Shown piece after piece: positions 12,213 through 25,859 of a DNA stretch of 64,000 bases. Each line of letters opens with the position of its first letter. Positions within the stretch are counted from its first letter, which is position 1. This stretch comes from Hemiscyllium ocellatum (Eukaryota): NCBI RefSeq assembly GCF_020745735.1, contig NC_083402.1, positions 147,044,527-147,108,526 on the forward strand, in the 5' to 3' direction. The notes below the pieces were generated by a model that was not told the DNA's origin, did no database searches, and saw nothing but the letters and a program-made list of their open reading frames with translations. A program made the position numbers and the translations under genes.

Positions 12213-13560
12213 ATACAGTCATAGAGATGTACAGGATGGAAACAGACCCTTTGGTCCAACCCGTCCATGCTGACCAGATATCCCAACCCAATCTACACCA
12301 TCTGCCAGCACCTGGCCCATATCCCTCCAAACCCTTCCTTTATTTATATCCATCCAAATGCCTCTTAAATGTTTCAATTGTATCAGCCTCCACCACTTCC
12401 TCTGGCAGTTCATTCCATACACATACCACCCTCTGTGAAGAAGTTGCCCCTTAGGTCTCTTTTATCTTTCCCCTCTCACCCTAAACCTATGCCCTCTAGT
12501 TCTGGACTCCCCCATCCCAGGGAAGAGACTTTGTCTATTTATTCTATCCATGCCCCTCATAATTTTGTAAACCTCTATAAGGTCACTCCTCAGCCTCCGA
12601 CGCTCCAGGGAAACAGCCCCAGCCTGTTCAGCCTCTCCCCGTAGCTCACATCCTCTAACCCTGGCAACATCCTTGTAAATCTTTTCTGAAACCTTTCAAG
12701 TTTCACAACATCTTTCCGATAGGAACGAGACCAGAATTGCACGCAATATTCCAACAGTGGCCTAACCAATGTCCTGTACTGCTGCAGCATGACCTCAATA
12801 CTCTGACCAATAAAAGAAAGCATACAAAATGTCTTCTTCACTATCCTATCTACCTGCGGCTCCACTGTCAAGGAGCTATGAATCTGCACTCCAAGGTTTC
12901 TTAGTTCAGCAGCACTCTCTAGGACCTTACCATTAAGTGTATACATCCTGCTAAGATTTGCTTTCCCAAAATGCAGCACCTCGCATTTATCTGAATTAAA
13001 CTCCATCTGCCACTTCTCAGCCCATTGGCCCATCTGGTCAAGATCCTGTTGTAATCTGTGGTAACCCTCTTCCCTCTTCACTGCACCTCCAACTTTGGTA
13101 TCATCTGCAAACTTACTAACTGTACCTTTTATGCTCGCATCCAAATCATTTATGTAAATGACGAAAAGTAGAGGACCCAGCACCGATCCTTGTGGCACTC
13201 CACTGGTCACAGACCTCCAGTCTGAGAAACAACCCTCCACCACCACCCTCTGTCTTCTACCTTTGAACCAGTTCTGTATCCAAATGACTAGTTATCCCTG
13301 TATTCCATGAGCTCTAACCTTGCTAATCAGTCTCCCATGGGGAAGTTTGTCAAACACATTACTGAAGTCCATATAGATTACATCTACCGCTCTGCCCTCA
13401 TTAATCCTCTTTGTTACTTCTTCAAAAAACTTAAACAAGTTTGTGAGACATGATTTCCCATGCACAAAGCCATGTTGACTATCCCTAATCAGTCCTTGCC
13501 TTTCCAAATACATGTATGACCTGTCCCTCAGGATTCCCTCCAACAACGGCCCACCACCAC
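12213..13560 (-). mobile_element. CR1 LINE, young 5'-truncated copy
   Basis: ORF 12590-13246 SGVPQGSVLGPLLFVIYINDLD..KFADDTK..RPLLEYCVQFW; ORF 13292-13663 SQHGF..SCLTNL; 3' tail. Confidence 0.95.
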
Positions 13561-14229
13561 AGAGGGTTTTCTTGCTTAAGTTTGACCTGTTGCCATTAAG
13601 TTTCATGGGTCCACAATTAATATTAAGGACTCCTAAGGCATCTCCCTCCTGGCTCTGCACCACAGTGCTAGCAACTCTGCTGGGACTGGCTTGTTATCGT
13701 GACAGGACATACACAAGGATAGTAGTGGTGGTGGTGGTGGTGGTGTCTCAGGCAAAGGCTGTATGATATGATTCTGTGCGTGTGACTGTCAAGTTGTTGC
13801 TTGACTGGCCCATGGTCCAATTCTCTCAATTCTTCCACAAGGCCCCCAAACATGAAGAACAGAAAATGACTATAAACCAAGAGTTCATGGGGTTGCATGG
13901 AAAGTGATCTTGTGGATTTATATGCACAAATCATTGAAGTGGCAGGGTAGATTGTGTAATACTTTAGGAAAGCATATAGATCATAAGCTTTATAATTTGT
14001 TGTTTTTGTACTCGATATATGATGAACATTTGTAAAATGCTGGTTTGACCTAAAACAAGCTTTTGTTTCTGTTTTGGACATTTTCTCTGGCTAGGCTTCG
14101 AACTCACTGGGTGCAGAAAAGATTTATGGGAATGGTTCCAGGAAAGAGGGACCTCAGGGATTTTGTCAAAGGCAGAAGTTGTGGTGGTCTACTTCAAAAG
14201 AGAAAGTTGAGAAATAACTTGGTTGAGGT

Positions 14230-14590
14230 AGGTGGCACAGTGGCTCAGTGGTTACCACTGCTGTCTCAAGGGCCTGGGTTCAATTCTAGCTTTAGGCAAC
14301 TGTCTGTGTGGAATTTGCACATTTTTCCTACCCCCAACCCGGGGGTGTGGGTTTCCTCTGGGGTGCTCTAGTTTCCTCCCACAATCCAAAGATGTGCACT
14401 TTATGTGAATTGGCCATGCTAAATTGCCCGTAATGTTTAGGGACGTGTAGGTTAGGTGCATTGTTCAGTGGTAAATGCAGGATAATAGAGTTGGGGAATA
14501 GGTCTGGATGGGTTACTCTTTGAAGGGTCAGCATGGATTTATTGGGTGGAAGGGCCTGCTTCCATACTGTAGGGATTTGTGGATTCTAAG
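14230..14590 (+). mobile_element. HE1-like V-SINE (inside an older CR1 relic starting ~13850)
   Basis: tRNA head, V-domain, tail. Confidence 0.85.
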
Positions 14591-14614
14591 ACATTAAATG
14601 CCATGAGTGTTCTG

Positions 14615-15177
14615 AGTTAAAAATCACACAACACCAGGTTATAGTCCAACAGGTTTATTTGGAAGTACTAGCTTTCAGAGCACTGCTTCTTTACCAGGTA
14701 GCTGTGGAACAGGATCATAAGACACAGAATTTATAGCAAAAGATTGCAGCATGCAACTGAAACGATATATTGAACAAACCTAGATTGCTGTTAAGCCTTT
14801 CATCTTTTAGATTGGGTTGCAGGTTTCTGTACATGAATATGTCAATCCCAGAACTTCTTTCAACTCACATTCTCGAGGTAACTTAAGGTTTTATAAAAAA
14901 AAGTGACATCTCAGGTCAGTGCATTAAAGATGTGAGTTTAGAGTCTGTCTGTATCACAATCTTGAGTCAGACTGATTCTATTTCCAAAGTAGGAATTTAT
15001 AACGTGCTCCATGCATTGACCGCCTTCATTGACTGCCTACAGATTGTGTGCTTTTTGAACAAAATAGAATGTACCTGCAATTACAATTCTGCAAATGCAA
15101 ATTCACCCCCTAGACTTATATGCACACATACATAATTGCAGATATTCCACCCCAGTCCAATACTGGCATCTCCACAT
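14615..15177 (-). mobile_element. Penelope-type pLTR insert, family B, with degenerate hammerhead and inverted terminal tail
   Basis: Starts with family B arm aaaatcacacaacaccaggttatagtccaacagg..ctagctttc; ends with inverted tail agtccaatactggcatctccacat; 13-bp TSD catgagtgttctg at 14602-14614 and 15178-15190. Confidence 0.75.
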
Positions 15178-18164
15178 CATGAGTGTTCTGGACCAGGGCT
15201 GTCCACTGATTTCTTGTGTGGAGCCACATTTCCATTTTCTCTCACTCGGTGAGTCAGTGAGCAATTTTCAGAAACATGATATGATACAACAGTGAATGTC
15301 ATATTTTAAAAATAATCATAAGCCAAAAAGGAAGGGTTAGGAGGGATATGAGCAGGGTGCTGGCAGATGGAACTAGATTGGGGTCAGGTATCTGGTCGGC
15401 ATGGAAGAGTTGGACCGAAGGGTCTGTTTCCGTGTTGTACATCCCTATGACTCTATGACTATAAATAGACCATTTAAAAAGATACGTAATTAATTTTAAA
15501 CAGACCAAACACAGAAGAGTAACAACTTCTAACTGATGAAGCAACTCTTTGCAGAATTTTCCCTCAGTATTTGGAACACCAGTTGTGGATCAAACAGGAT
15601 TCCTTTCTGAGCTACCTTCAGGGCCACAGTCTGCCGTGGACAAGCCTGGTCAAAAGCACTTTGAGAAATTGCTCCCACTTATGGAAGGATCAAGAGCAAA
15701 GGACATTTATTTTAGGGTGATTGGTAAAAAAAAAATCAGCAGTCCCATGAGAGAAATCTTTTCCACACACTGAATTGTTCAGATCTGCAATTCATTGCTT
15801 GAGACTGTAGCAAAGATATGTTCAATTATTGCTTTCCAATTGGAACTGGATAAACACCCAAAGAGAAAAATATTGCAGGTTTAAGGGAACAGGGGAGGAG
15901 GTCCAGTTAAATTGCTCTTGGAGAGATCTGGATCCTTGTAGGGCCAAATGCCCTCTGTGTGCTGTGGCCATTCGCAATTATCTGATCATTTAAACCACTC
16001 AAGCTCATTTTTGCTTGTGGTCGGTTGGTTTTGGAGGTTTTAACAATGTCCTATTAAAAAGTTTTAATGTTTCTTACATCCTTTCTTTCTCCCTTCTCAC
16101 TTTTAATTCTTTTCCACATTTTTGGTACAATGCATCTTATTTGACAGGAATCACCTCCTTCTCCTTTTTCCCGCCGTTAATTTCTCAATCAATAGACAAC
16201 ATAGACGATAAGTGCAGGAGTAGGCCATTCAGCCCTTCAAGCCAGCACCACCATTCATTATGATCATGGCTGATTATCCACGCCAGATTGGTTAAGAGGG
16301 TAGATTTCTTGTTCCTGCAATGTATTATGGTTCCACTTGCTGTTTTCCTCTTCTGATTATCTTTAGCTCTCAATTCCAGCAAGTTGTAACAAAAAGTGTC
16401 TTCAAGCTGAACGGTATGGGAAAACTAATGTCATGAGGTGCTCCATCCTAGCAAGACCCAGTCAATGAACAGAAACAAAACCGATGACATTACCTAATTT
16501 ACCTTGTATAAGTCAATGATTCAAGAACATACTTCATGCTTTTTAAAGATTGTATTGCAATGTTGTGAGTGCTCAGTGGACTCACTTCATGTTCAATAAA
16601 GTTTCACTAGGAAAATGGACAAACAAGACACAAACCAACTTCTTGGCAAACTGAATTCCCAACATTTCACTCAGCTCTATTGAATACATTGTGGTGAACA
16701 TTCAGCTAATAATAGTGCTTACTACATGTGCCTTGCAGCACATGACATTGACTGACAAATGGTTGCGTGCTGAGCTAGAGTCTACATGGCTAATTTCATG
16801 CTGACTTAGATGGGCTTGTCAGAGCTTGCTGACATAGTTAATGCTAAAACCCTGACTATCTGAAAAATTGAAATCTCTTTTTATGAAGATAAAATGTATA
16901 CATGCTGGAACTTTGAAATCTGACTTCATCTTGCTTAGCCACAAAATAAATATGACAACTTATGCCACCTCACAACCAACCACAACAATTAATTATTGTT
17001 GACTGCTTTATTTTCTGATATTTATGGTGTCTAATCAAATCTGTGCTTAAACCTTCTGTATGTTAACTAACGTTCTACCATTTTTCCTTGGTGAATGGAT
17101 AGATCTTTCTGCTTTGCCCACAGTGACTCTCTGGAAGTTTACTGTGGCTGCTAATGTTAAATTGAATCTTAGAATTGCTGAGTTTAATAATCATGTGCAT
17201 AAAAATTGCTGAGACCTTTGCTTCCACTTGCACATAAGTTTCAAGTTTCAATTTTGTCTGATGCGTTCATTTTGTCACTATGTTGACACTAAATCCTTCA
17301 TAGTCTATATAACAATGTGCAAGGATTGCTTTTTTGGGATAGAAAGGTTATGCTACATTAAAATGGTTGTCTTCTATAGGAATGGCACTGCTCAGTGGTG
17401 CAAGGAGCACGCGGACAAGAAACTCATGTTATCACTGAAGAATTCTTCATTGGTTCAAGCAGCACTGGTTTCTGAACAGGTTCCAATTCGGGGTCCGGTT
17501 GCAAGTTGATATAAACAAAATTGAGGACAATATAAAATAGCCATTCATAAGTACAGGAAATACTTGCATGTTGGATCTTTACAATCAAGCTCCTGTATGG
17601 AATCATTTTGATCAGTGTGAACATTCCTAAGGTCAGACGTTTCAAAGTCGGGAGCCCTGTACTTTAAGATGCATGAGAGTAAAGAGTGGAAAGAGTTTGA
17701 ATTTTAAGAACCTGAAGCAATACAAAAGCTGCCTCAATCAGTTGGCAAGTGCTTAGTGATATGCATCTAAGAAGGTTGGAACAAAGTTGCCTGTTGATTA
17801 ACATTTCGGGGAGGAGTAGCATTTTTCTCATAGAGCAGCTCAAATCTAGCTGGGAAAAAATAAAAAAGATTCTGAAGTTCAGACAATGATGTGACTTGGA
17901 AAAGGAATGGTTGCAACAGCTTGATGAATAATTTCATTATATTTCAAAAAATAAGCCCTATGCGCTGTGTAACGACCACATCATTTGATTTTACTTTACG
18001 TTTGATTGTGGACTCAGTTGAGAAAAAAAGACTGTGTTTTACAACAGGACAGGGGAGGGAATTTCTGGACTTTAAAAAACTCTCTCTTCCTCTCTCTCAC
18101 TAGTTGGTGTAAGCTGTTGCTACTAACAGATAACAGACAAGACTTGAAAACGTTCTGAACCTCA

Positions 18165-19410
18165 TCATGCCCATTTCAAAGGATCTTCCTCCGCCATTTC
18201 AACCACCGTCAACCACAGCTTTCCATCTGCTCCACTGTCAGCATTGTCCAGGAACCATTCCTTTTGGGACACCCTGGGTCATACCTCCATCATTTCTAAC
18301 ACTTTTTCACACCCCTGAGGCACCTGTCCATGCAATCACAGAAGATAGAACACTTGCCTGTTCATTTCACCCTGCTCCCTATCCAAGGCCCCAAACATAC
18401 CTTCCAGATGAAGTAGCATTTCATGTGTACTTCTTTCAATCTATCATCATCATCATCATCATCACTGGTGGCCCCGTGTAGACAGGGATGACTCTGTTCC
18501 ATTCTCAGGGTAAGTCTGTGAATGGCTGTACAGTCCAAAAGAGGCTTCCCCAGAATCTAATACACTGGGGGCAGAAGGTGGTCATGGACACGGGTGGGTG
18601 GGCTGTTGGTATGATAACACACTCCTTACGTTGTTTTCTCCTTGCTTCTGCTTTTTCCCGATATCATGTCTGGATTTCCCGGATGCTTCTCCTCCACTTT
18701 GGATGAACGTGGGCCAGTGATTCCCAGGTGTCAGTGGGAATGCCACACTTCACCAGCGAGGCTTTGAGGGTATCCCTGAGGTGCTTCCTCTGTCAACCTG
18801 GAGCTTGCGTGCCATTTCAGAGCTGGGAGTCAGGCACCTGCTTGGGGAGTCTCAGTCACGAGATGGCGTGCCTAGCCCTTCGCAACTGATCAGGGGGATG
18901 GGGTGGGGAGGTGGTCAGTGTCTCGATGCTGGGGATGTCGGCCTGCTTGAGGATACTGGTGTCAGTGTGTCTGTCTTCCCATGTGGGCATCTTACAGCCT
19001 CAGTTTCAGAGCTAATCCCCTAGTGTCTGTCCTCCATTTTACTAACATTCTCTCTGTCTCTCTTTCTTCACCACTATCCCTATCCACCCATGCCATTCTC
19101 AACAGAGTTGTGTGTTTCTTTTACTTTCCACTCAGTGAAGAGAACTCATTTTCACCTCTCCATGCCTTAATTTGCACGCATTTTATATTCCTATTTGTTA
19201 TTTATCCTAATTGGCAACCCCTTTGTCTTTTACACTGGGTCTCCACACGATGTATTCCTCCGGCTCCTTCTCCATCTATCTCAAAAACAGAAATAAATAC
19301 CATTTCCAATCTTTTACAGTTCTAGCAAAGAGTAGTGTCAGACTTAATACATCAACTCTACTTCTCTCTTCTCAGACCTGCTGAGTTTCTGCAGTTTTTT
19401 CCTGCATTTA
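18165..19410 (+). mobile_element. Old Penelope-like remnant, split by an RTE insertion
   Basis: ~18240 reads ALSRNHSFWDTL (cf. AFRRDHSLRDTL); ~18384 reads QGPKHTFQMK*HFMCTSFNL, typical of the linker before GIY-YIG; degenerate family C tail at ~19315-19410. Confidence 0.6.
18443..18990 (-). mobile_element. RTE-clade LINE 3' fragment with (GAT)n tail
   Basis: Minus strand LRDTLKASLVKCGIPTDTWESLAHVHPKWRRSIRE; (atc)n at 18443-18463. Confidence 0.82.
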
Positions 19411-20339
19411 TGCCAGTTATTAGAAGCCAGAAATACAGGCAGTGACTGGCTCCTATTGTTTGAAAGAAATAGAGTAGATTGGACATTGATTTATTGTCTT
19501 TTTTTCTCTATTGTTTTATGTGCTGACTCATAAAAAGCTGACATATTCAACAAGCCGATTAATCTCAATCCTTACATCTCATTGGTTGAGCAGATGGAAC
19601 CATGTTCTGGTAACTGCATATTTGCTGTGAGTTCGTTATTCTGAGGCCAAAAATATCCCTCTTACTGAATCCTTGTTGCAAGGAGATGGGACACACTGGT
19701 CATCTTTCAGAAATAGCCACCATGCCCTGCCAAAATAAAGTATGGTTTATTTGCAATGTCTCTCTGATCCATTTTTGTACTTCTGAATCCTATTTATATG
19801 CCTCTGTAGGACACCATCCTCAAATCTGACTTTAGCTTTTCTGCTTCTCATTACTATGAATGTACGTTCTTCTTCAAAGACAAACTTAAGTCAATTTTTT
19901 TTTGACTGTCACGTTTGTTCAGTGTATTAAATGGTTAAATACTAACTGCCTCCAAGTAGCTGCTCAAATTATGACAACTTCAAACAAATAGGACATCATG
20001 TATTTTCAAAAAAATTTTATTCCTCTTTTATGTGTTTGGTTTCAGGAGAATGGTCCTGAGGTAATTAAAAATTGTATTGGATCACAGAAAGAAAATAGGA
20101 TAATAAATTGCAGCAAGTATTTACACTACTGCTGAGTAAACCAATAACAAATTCAAACATTATTACTTATGAGTGTTCTTGCTGTTGTTGGTGTATTTAA
20201 CATATAGCAACAGTGCAAGGGATTTATTTATTAACCAGTGAAATTAAAGTGGATGCCAACCTGATACATTTTGAACTTTAGAAGACTTCACCACAGGATT
20301 TGCACCTTTTGGAGCCTTTCTCCTGTCCTTCCACACATT

Positions 20340-20808
20340 TATATTCAAGAGGACTGAAGTATAAGGATGCATAGCTCATACTGCAATTATATAAAACCCT
20401 GGTCAGATCCCACTTGGAACACTATGAGCAGATTTGAGTACCACTCCTTTAGGAAGGATATATTGGCCTTGGAGGAAGTATAATGTAAGCTTAAAAGTCT
20501 AGACTTCCAGGGTTAAGCTATGAGAAAAGATTAGACAAATTAGCCTGTTTTCTCTAAACTTTAGAAGGCTAAGAGGTGATTTGTTTAAAGTTTTCAAGAC
20601 ACTAACAGGAAAAGACAGGCAGGTAAAGATTAATTATTTCAACTGGATGGAGATTCCAGAACTAGGGGACATAGTCTGGGAATTAAGGCCAGACCGTTCA
20701 GGAGAGATGTTCGGAAGCACTTTTACCCACAAAGGGGTGTAGATGTTTGGAACTCTCTTCCATAAATGGCAGTTGGTGCTGGATCAGTTGTTACTTTTAA
20801 ATTTGAGA
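20340..20808 (+). mobile_element. Decayed CR1 3' fragment
   Basis: LYKTLVRSHLEHY-like coding remnant and CR1 C-terminal motifs. Confidence 0.78.
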
Positions 20809-21000
20809 TGATGTGGAGGAGCCGGTATTGGACTAGGGTGGACAAAGTTAAAAATCACGCAATACCAGGTTTTAATTGAACAGGTTTATTTGGAGACACT
20901 AGCTTTCGGAGTACCACTCCTTCATGGTGACACTCATCGTGAAGCCCGTGCTTCCAAATAATCCTGCTGGACTAAAACCTGGCATTGTATGATTTTTGAC
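20809..21000. mobile_element. Family B fold-back mini-element with partial hammerhead
   Basis: Inverted arms; minus strand ATGA A GGAGT ggt ACTCC GAAA GCTA gtg; 13-bp TSD tttaaatttgaga at 20796-20808 and 21001-21013. Confidence 0.8.
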
Positions 21001-21254
21001 TTTAAATTTGAGACACACCCATAATGTCCCAACTAACATTGTGAGTTCAGAGACTTGATTAATATGCTGCATGTGGGAAGACCTAGCAATTGAACTCATG
21101 CTGTGGAAGGTTGGATTTTGGTCCAACTTGGCCCCTGCTTGCATACCTTCTGCTGCAATGAAGAGTCCAAAATGTAATGAAAGTCAGGCAAAGTCCATAC
21201 TGGTCAGAGATTGGACCACATTTCCTTGCAATGAAGACAAAATGTACTCCTTTA

Positions 21255-21650
21255 TGTTTAGATTAGATTAGATTAGATTAGATTCCCTACAGTGTGGAAA
21301 CAGGCCCTTCGGCCCAACCAATCCACACCGACCCTTCGAAGAGCAACCCACCCAGACCCATTCCCCTACATTTACCCCTGACACTACGGGGAATTTAGCA
21401 TGGCCAATTCACCTAATCTGCATATAGAGTCATAGAGTCATAGAGATGTACAGTATGGAAACAGACCCTTTGGTCCAACCTGTCCATGCCGACCAGATAT
21501 CCCAACCTAATCTAGTCTCACCTGCCAGTACCCGGCCCATATCCCTCCAAACCCTTCCTATTCATATACACATCCAAATGCCCCTTAAATGTTGCAATTG
21601 TACCAGCCTCCACCACTTCCTCAGGCAACTTTGGATGTGGGAGGAAACCA
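21255..21650 (-). mobile_element. V-SINE 3' part with (ttaga)n tail, interrupted by a CR1 3' tail (~21427-21625)
   Basis: Repeat tails (attag)n and (catagagt)n; shared SINE/LINE tail motifs. Confidence 0.8.
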
Positions 21651-21949
21651 GAGTATCTGCCTCAGAAAGGATTGTTTTGACCCTATATTCCTTTTACAGT
21701 TTATGGAATGATTTACAGACATGATAGAACAATGACTTCTTATACTTAAAAATTTATGGCAAATCACTCATAGGAACTTTACAAGACAGAAAGAAATGTT
21801 CTGAACTTCAAACACATTAGAAGCATTAAGGAGACTAACCAATAATGATATGTATAAATCAGTTTAATGCAGATTTATAAACTTTGAAACAAATGAATAA
21901 GACAGTGGGGTTTATGGGAAGTAAATTCGATGAGCAGAATCATCACAGT

Positions 21950-23460
21950 GGCGTCAAGTAGCACTTGCAATGGAATAAGCTGCTCACTAACACTCTGTTT
22001 GGATTCCACCAAGACTACTCAGCTCCTGGTCTTATTATAGCCATGACCCAAGCACAGGCAAAAGAGCTGAACTCCAGAGGTCAAGTGAGAGAAATTGTCC
22101 TTGGCATCAAGGTTACTTTTGACCAAGTGTGGTATGAAGTAAGATATTATTAAGCAGGAGAGGGTCCAAAGGAGATTTACCAGGATATTCCGGGTACAGA
22201 ACGTTTGAATTATAAAGTAAGGATGGATATGCTGGGACCTTTCTCACTAGAGTGTAGGAGGTTGAGAGGTGACCTTATCAAAGTTTATAAACTTGTGAGG
22301 GGTATAGATAGGGTTAATGGTACATGTTTATTTCCCCCAGGATAAGGAACTGAAAGACCAGGGAGGACGTTTTTAAGATGAGTGGACAGAGATTTTAAAA
22401 AGATATGAGGGTCAAAGTTTTGACACAGAGTGGTCCACATATAGAATTAACTTCGAAAGGAAGTGATGGATGTGGGTACAACTACAACATTTTAAAAAAA
22501 AAACATTTGGATAAGTAAATGAATAGGAAAGGTTTGGAGGGCGATGGGGCCAGGAGTAGGCAGGTAGGATGAGTTTAGTCTGGGACTATATTTAGCATGG
22601 ACTGGTTGGATCGAAGGGTCTGTTTCTGTGCTGCGTGCTTCAGTGACCCCAGGAGCTCTAGCAAAACTAAAGTCAATGAAAATCAGAAAGCAAACTCTCC
22701 ACTGGGTTGGAGCCATAGCTAGAACAAAGTAAGATGGTTTTGACTGTTGGAGATCAATCATCTCAGCTCCAGGACATGAATGCAGGAGCTCCTCAGGAAT
22801 AATGTCCTTGACCCAACCTACTGGACCTGAACCGGACCAGTTCTTAGATACTGACGCTATAAAAGTAAGTTAGACATAAGGAGTTCAGCATGATTAACTC
22901 ACCTCCTATCTTCATGAAGCCTGTCCACCATCTACAAGGTACAAGTCGGAAGTGTGATGGAATTCTCTCCACTTGTCTGGATGAGTGCATCTCCAACGAC
23001 ACTCAAGAAGTTTCTCACCATCCAGGACAAGGCCCTGCTGGATTTGCATCCTATCCTCTACTATCCAGGTTCATTTCCTGCATCACTGATGCTCAAGAGG
23101 CAGCAGGGTAGACCATCTACAAGATGCACTTCAGCAACTCATCCAGCCTACTCTGACAGCACCTTCCAAAATCCACAACTTCTACTATCTAGAAAGACAA
23201 GGGAAACAGATACTTCACTATCACTGTCACCTGCCAGTTCCCCTGCATGGCACTCACCATCCTGACTTGGAACTGTACTACCATTCCTTTACTGCTGCTG
23301 GGTCAAAATTAGAGTCCTCCTATTAGGACGGTACATATCTTTACACCTGAGAGATTGCAGCTCAAGAAGCTCACTATTCACCTTCTCCAGGAAAATTAAG
23401 ACTGGGCATTCTGCTGGCCTAGCCAGTGATACTCTCATCCCATGAAGAATTTTAAAAAAT
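21950..23460 (+). mobile_element. Non-LTR retrotransposon (CR1/L2 group, possibly Zenon-like) 3' part, interrupted by CR1 at ~22150-22640
   Basis: FGFHQDYSAP..GIKVTFDQVW; MEFSPLVWMSASPTTLKKFLTIQDKA. Confidence 0.7.
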
Positions 23461-24594
23461 GATAACTGAAAGGTCAAAAAACCGGTAGAAGGAAGCAAAG
23501 TATCCTAGATTCAGCCCAGAGTGAAGGATGCAAGATGGGACACAGAACTGGAGAAGATTGCAATGCAGGTATGAGGATTTTGAAAATATTGCCACTTGGG
23601 GATTGAAAACCATTTAATAACAATAGAGGAAAGCATGATAAGCACATAAGTAGCAGAGGATTAGCATTGGTTTAAGAAAGAGCAGTTTTATTTTCAAGTA
23701 ATCTCTCTCATTCATGTACTCACGACTGCATCATTTAGAAAACACATTTTTTAATCAAAATCAAGCAATCATAAATTGCCTTGCTAGTTGACATTATTGA
23801 ATGGCTTCCTTGCTTTGAACAATTAAAAGTCTTACTTAATGTGGATGATTAGTGAAGTCAGCCATACAATTACTCTGCCTAAAACAGAAACCACTCCATT
23901 TGCGAATTGTCAGCTTTTAGTACAGTAAAGCTGTTAGCAGCTCCCTTCCTGCAGTGAAATCATTAACTGTCAGCTAACAGACAGATTGAACTCCAGCGCG
24001 TTGCCTGAGCACAGGTATGTAATGATCACATTACATTATAAATATTGTTGCATTCCACAAAACCAGAAAGGTTGTGATTCATTTATATCAGTGATAAGGA
24101 GTGGCAATGCTATTGACAGCAACTCAATATTCCGTCTGGTGAAAGTGGCAACATATCTGAAACCAAGGCTCAAGGAGAAAGGGTGACTTTAATAATTAAC
24201 GTACAGAGGATGGGGTGCAATTGTCAGCTCACTTGCTGCACTCTCTTATTTTTAGTTACTTTGAAGCTGATGTTATCTCTGTCACTATGTAAAATACTAC
24301 ATACATTGTTTTATAGAATTTTACAAAGAAACAACCTAATAGCCTAATGCTGGTGCTTATGCTTCCTCTGAGTCTCTTGCTATCCTTTTCAACTCTCTAT
24401 CGCATATTCTTCTGACCCTGTCGCCCTCATTTCCTTATCTGGTTTGCTCTTTAATGCATCATTGCAGTGTTTAGTATGTTTTTCAAATTCAAATTGTGAA
24501 TGAGAGACATTTTTTCTTTCCTTTCTGAAGTACATTTTACAAATTGATATATGCACTGTTGTTGAATAAAGGGAAAATAAGACTAGAAAGACAA

Positions 24595-24815
24595 AAAAAA
24601 GCACTGTAAAGTCTGACGATGAGCGACAAAACCAAGAAATTACTGTATTTGAAAAGCTCAGCAGGTCTGGCAGCATCTGTGGAGAGAAAGCAAAGTCAAT
24701 GTTTAGGGTCCAGTCAGGCTTGAGCAAAGGCTCATTCTTCTCAAAATGTGAACTCTGCTGTCTCTCCATAGACAGATGCTGTCAGACCTGCTGAGTTCCT
24801 CCAGCAATTTCTGAT
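24595..24815. mobile_element. Family C fold-back mini-element (degenerate)
   Basis: ctcagcaggtctggcagcatctgt ... acagatgctgtcagacctgctgag inverted arms. Confidence 0.75.
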
Positions 24816-25074
24816 AATATCTTCTTTGCCAATGAAACAGATTTTCACCCCATTCAAATAACTTAAAATCAGCTTAAACTCATTTATTCCAACAGGAGCT
24901 GTTTCACGGGCATCTTAAAATTTAAAAGGTTAATTATCAAATTAACCCTTTGCATTATGGAGAAAAACATTTTCTTAGTATCAATGAATTATTAAAAAAT
25001 AATGTCTATGTAAAGAAATAAGGGAAAAATGATGTTGGCCATGGTAATTAAAGGATCTTTTTTTTTTCAGTTTA

Positions 25075-25143
25075 GGTAATAAACAATGGTGAGGGTAATA
25101 AACGATGGTGAGGGTAATAAACGATGGTGAGGGTAATAAACAA
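25075..25143. repeat. 19-bp tandem repeat (ggtaataaacgatggtgag) x ~3.5
   Basis: Directly visible. Confidence 0.9.
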
Positions 25144-25859
25144 TAGCAATAATGCAGAAAGAAAAATATAATTCAGATGTTAAGAATGTCAGGAAGTCTT
25201 CTTTGAGGCTTTAGAGAAAATAACAACAACTGTTTGTAACTGTGGAATAACATCAACATGAAAATCTACCTTCAAAAGGTCTTGGGAATAGATACATCAT
25301 AAAGACTTATCTGTGTCATGTGTCCTTGAACTAAAGAAATTGAGGGTTTGGTTAAGAAAAAGAAGGAAGCATATGTCAGGTATAGACAGGATAGATTGAG
25401 TGAATCTTTAGCAGAGTATAAAGGCAGTCGGAATATACTTAAGAGGGAAACCAAGGAGAATTCAAAGGGTTTTTGTCTGGTGTGGGAGTTAGCTGGCTGC
25501 GGATTTATCTTGAACAGGTTTCCTGAGCTGAGCCTTTGGGCCCACTGATTCCAGAGTCTTGTCAGTCCTGCTGCAGGCAGGTAGGACTAGGTTCAATAAC
25601 TAGCTTGGATATAGTAATAACCCTCCGAAGGAAATTGCGTAAACTCATGAAGTACAGTAGCAGAGCAGGACTAGTGCTTTCAGAGAGTTGGCACAGAAAT
25701 GACTGGTATGCCTTCTGTGATCATTCCAGTGAGCTCTTCTACGTATTGTGATTTAAGCTGCATCACTTTAAATGTACTGAGTGGCTTTGCAAGAGTTACT
25801 CATTGCTCAAAGCCAATCTCTTTTGTCCTCTAAGATGGTTGTTTGAGTGTCCACTCTAG

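Noticed and set aside
13668-14081. ORF with poly-His run
   Set aside because: Produced by a (GTG)n microsatellite at ~13725-13745 and antisense CR1 relic sequence
17380-17630. Possible plus-strand exon (ctatag acceptor, AG|GTCAGA donor)
   Set aside because: All three frames hit stops and resemble no protein I recognise; a non-coding exon cannot be supported without RNA data
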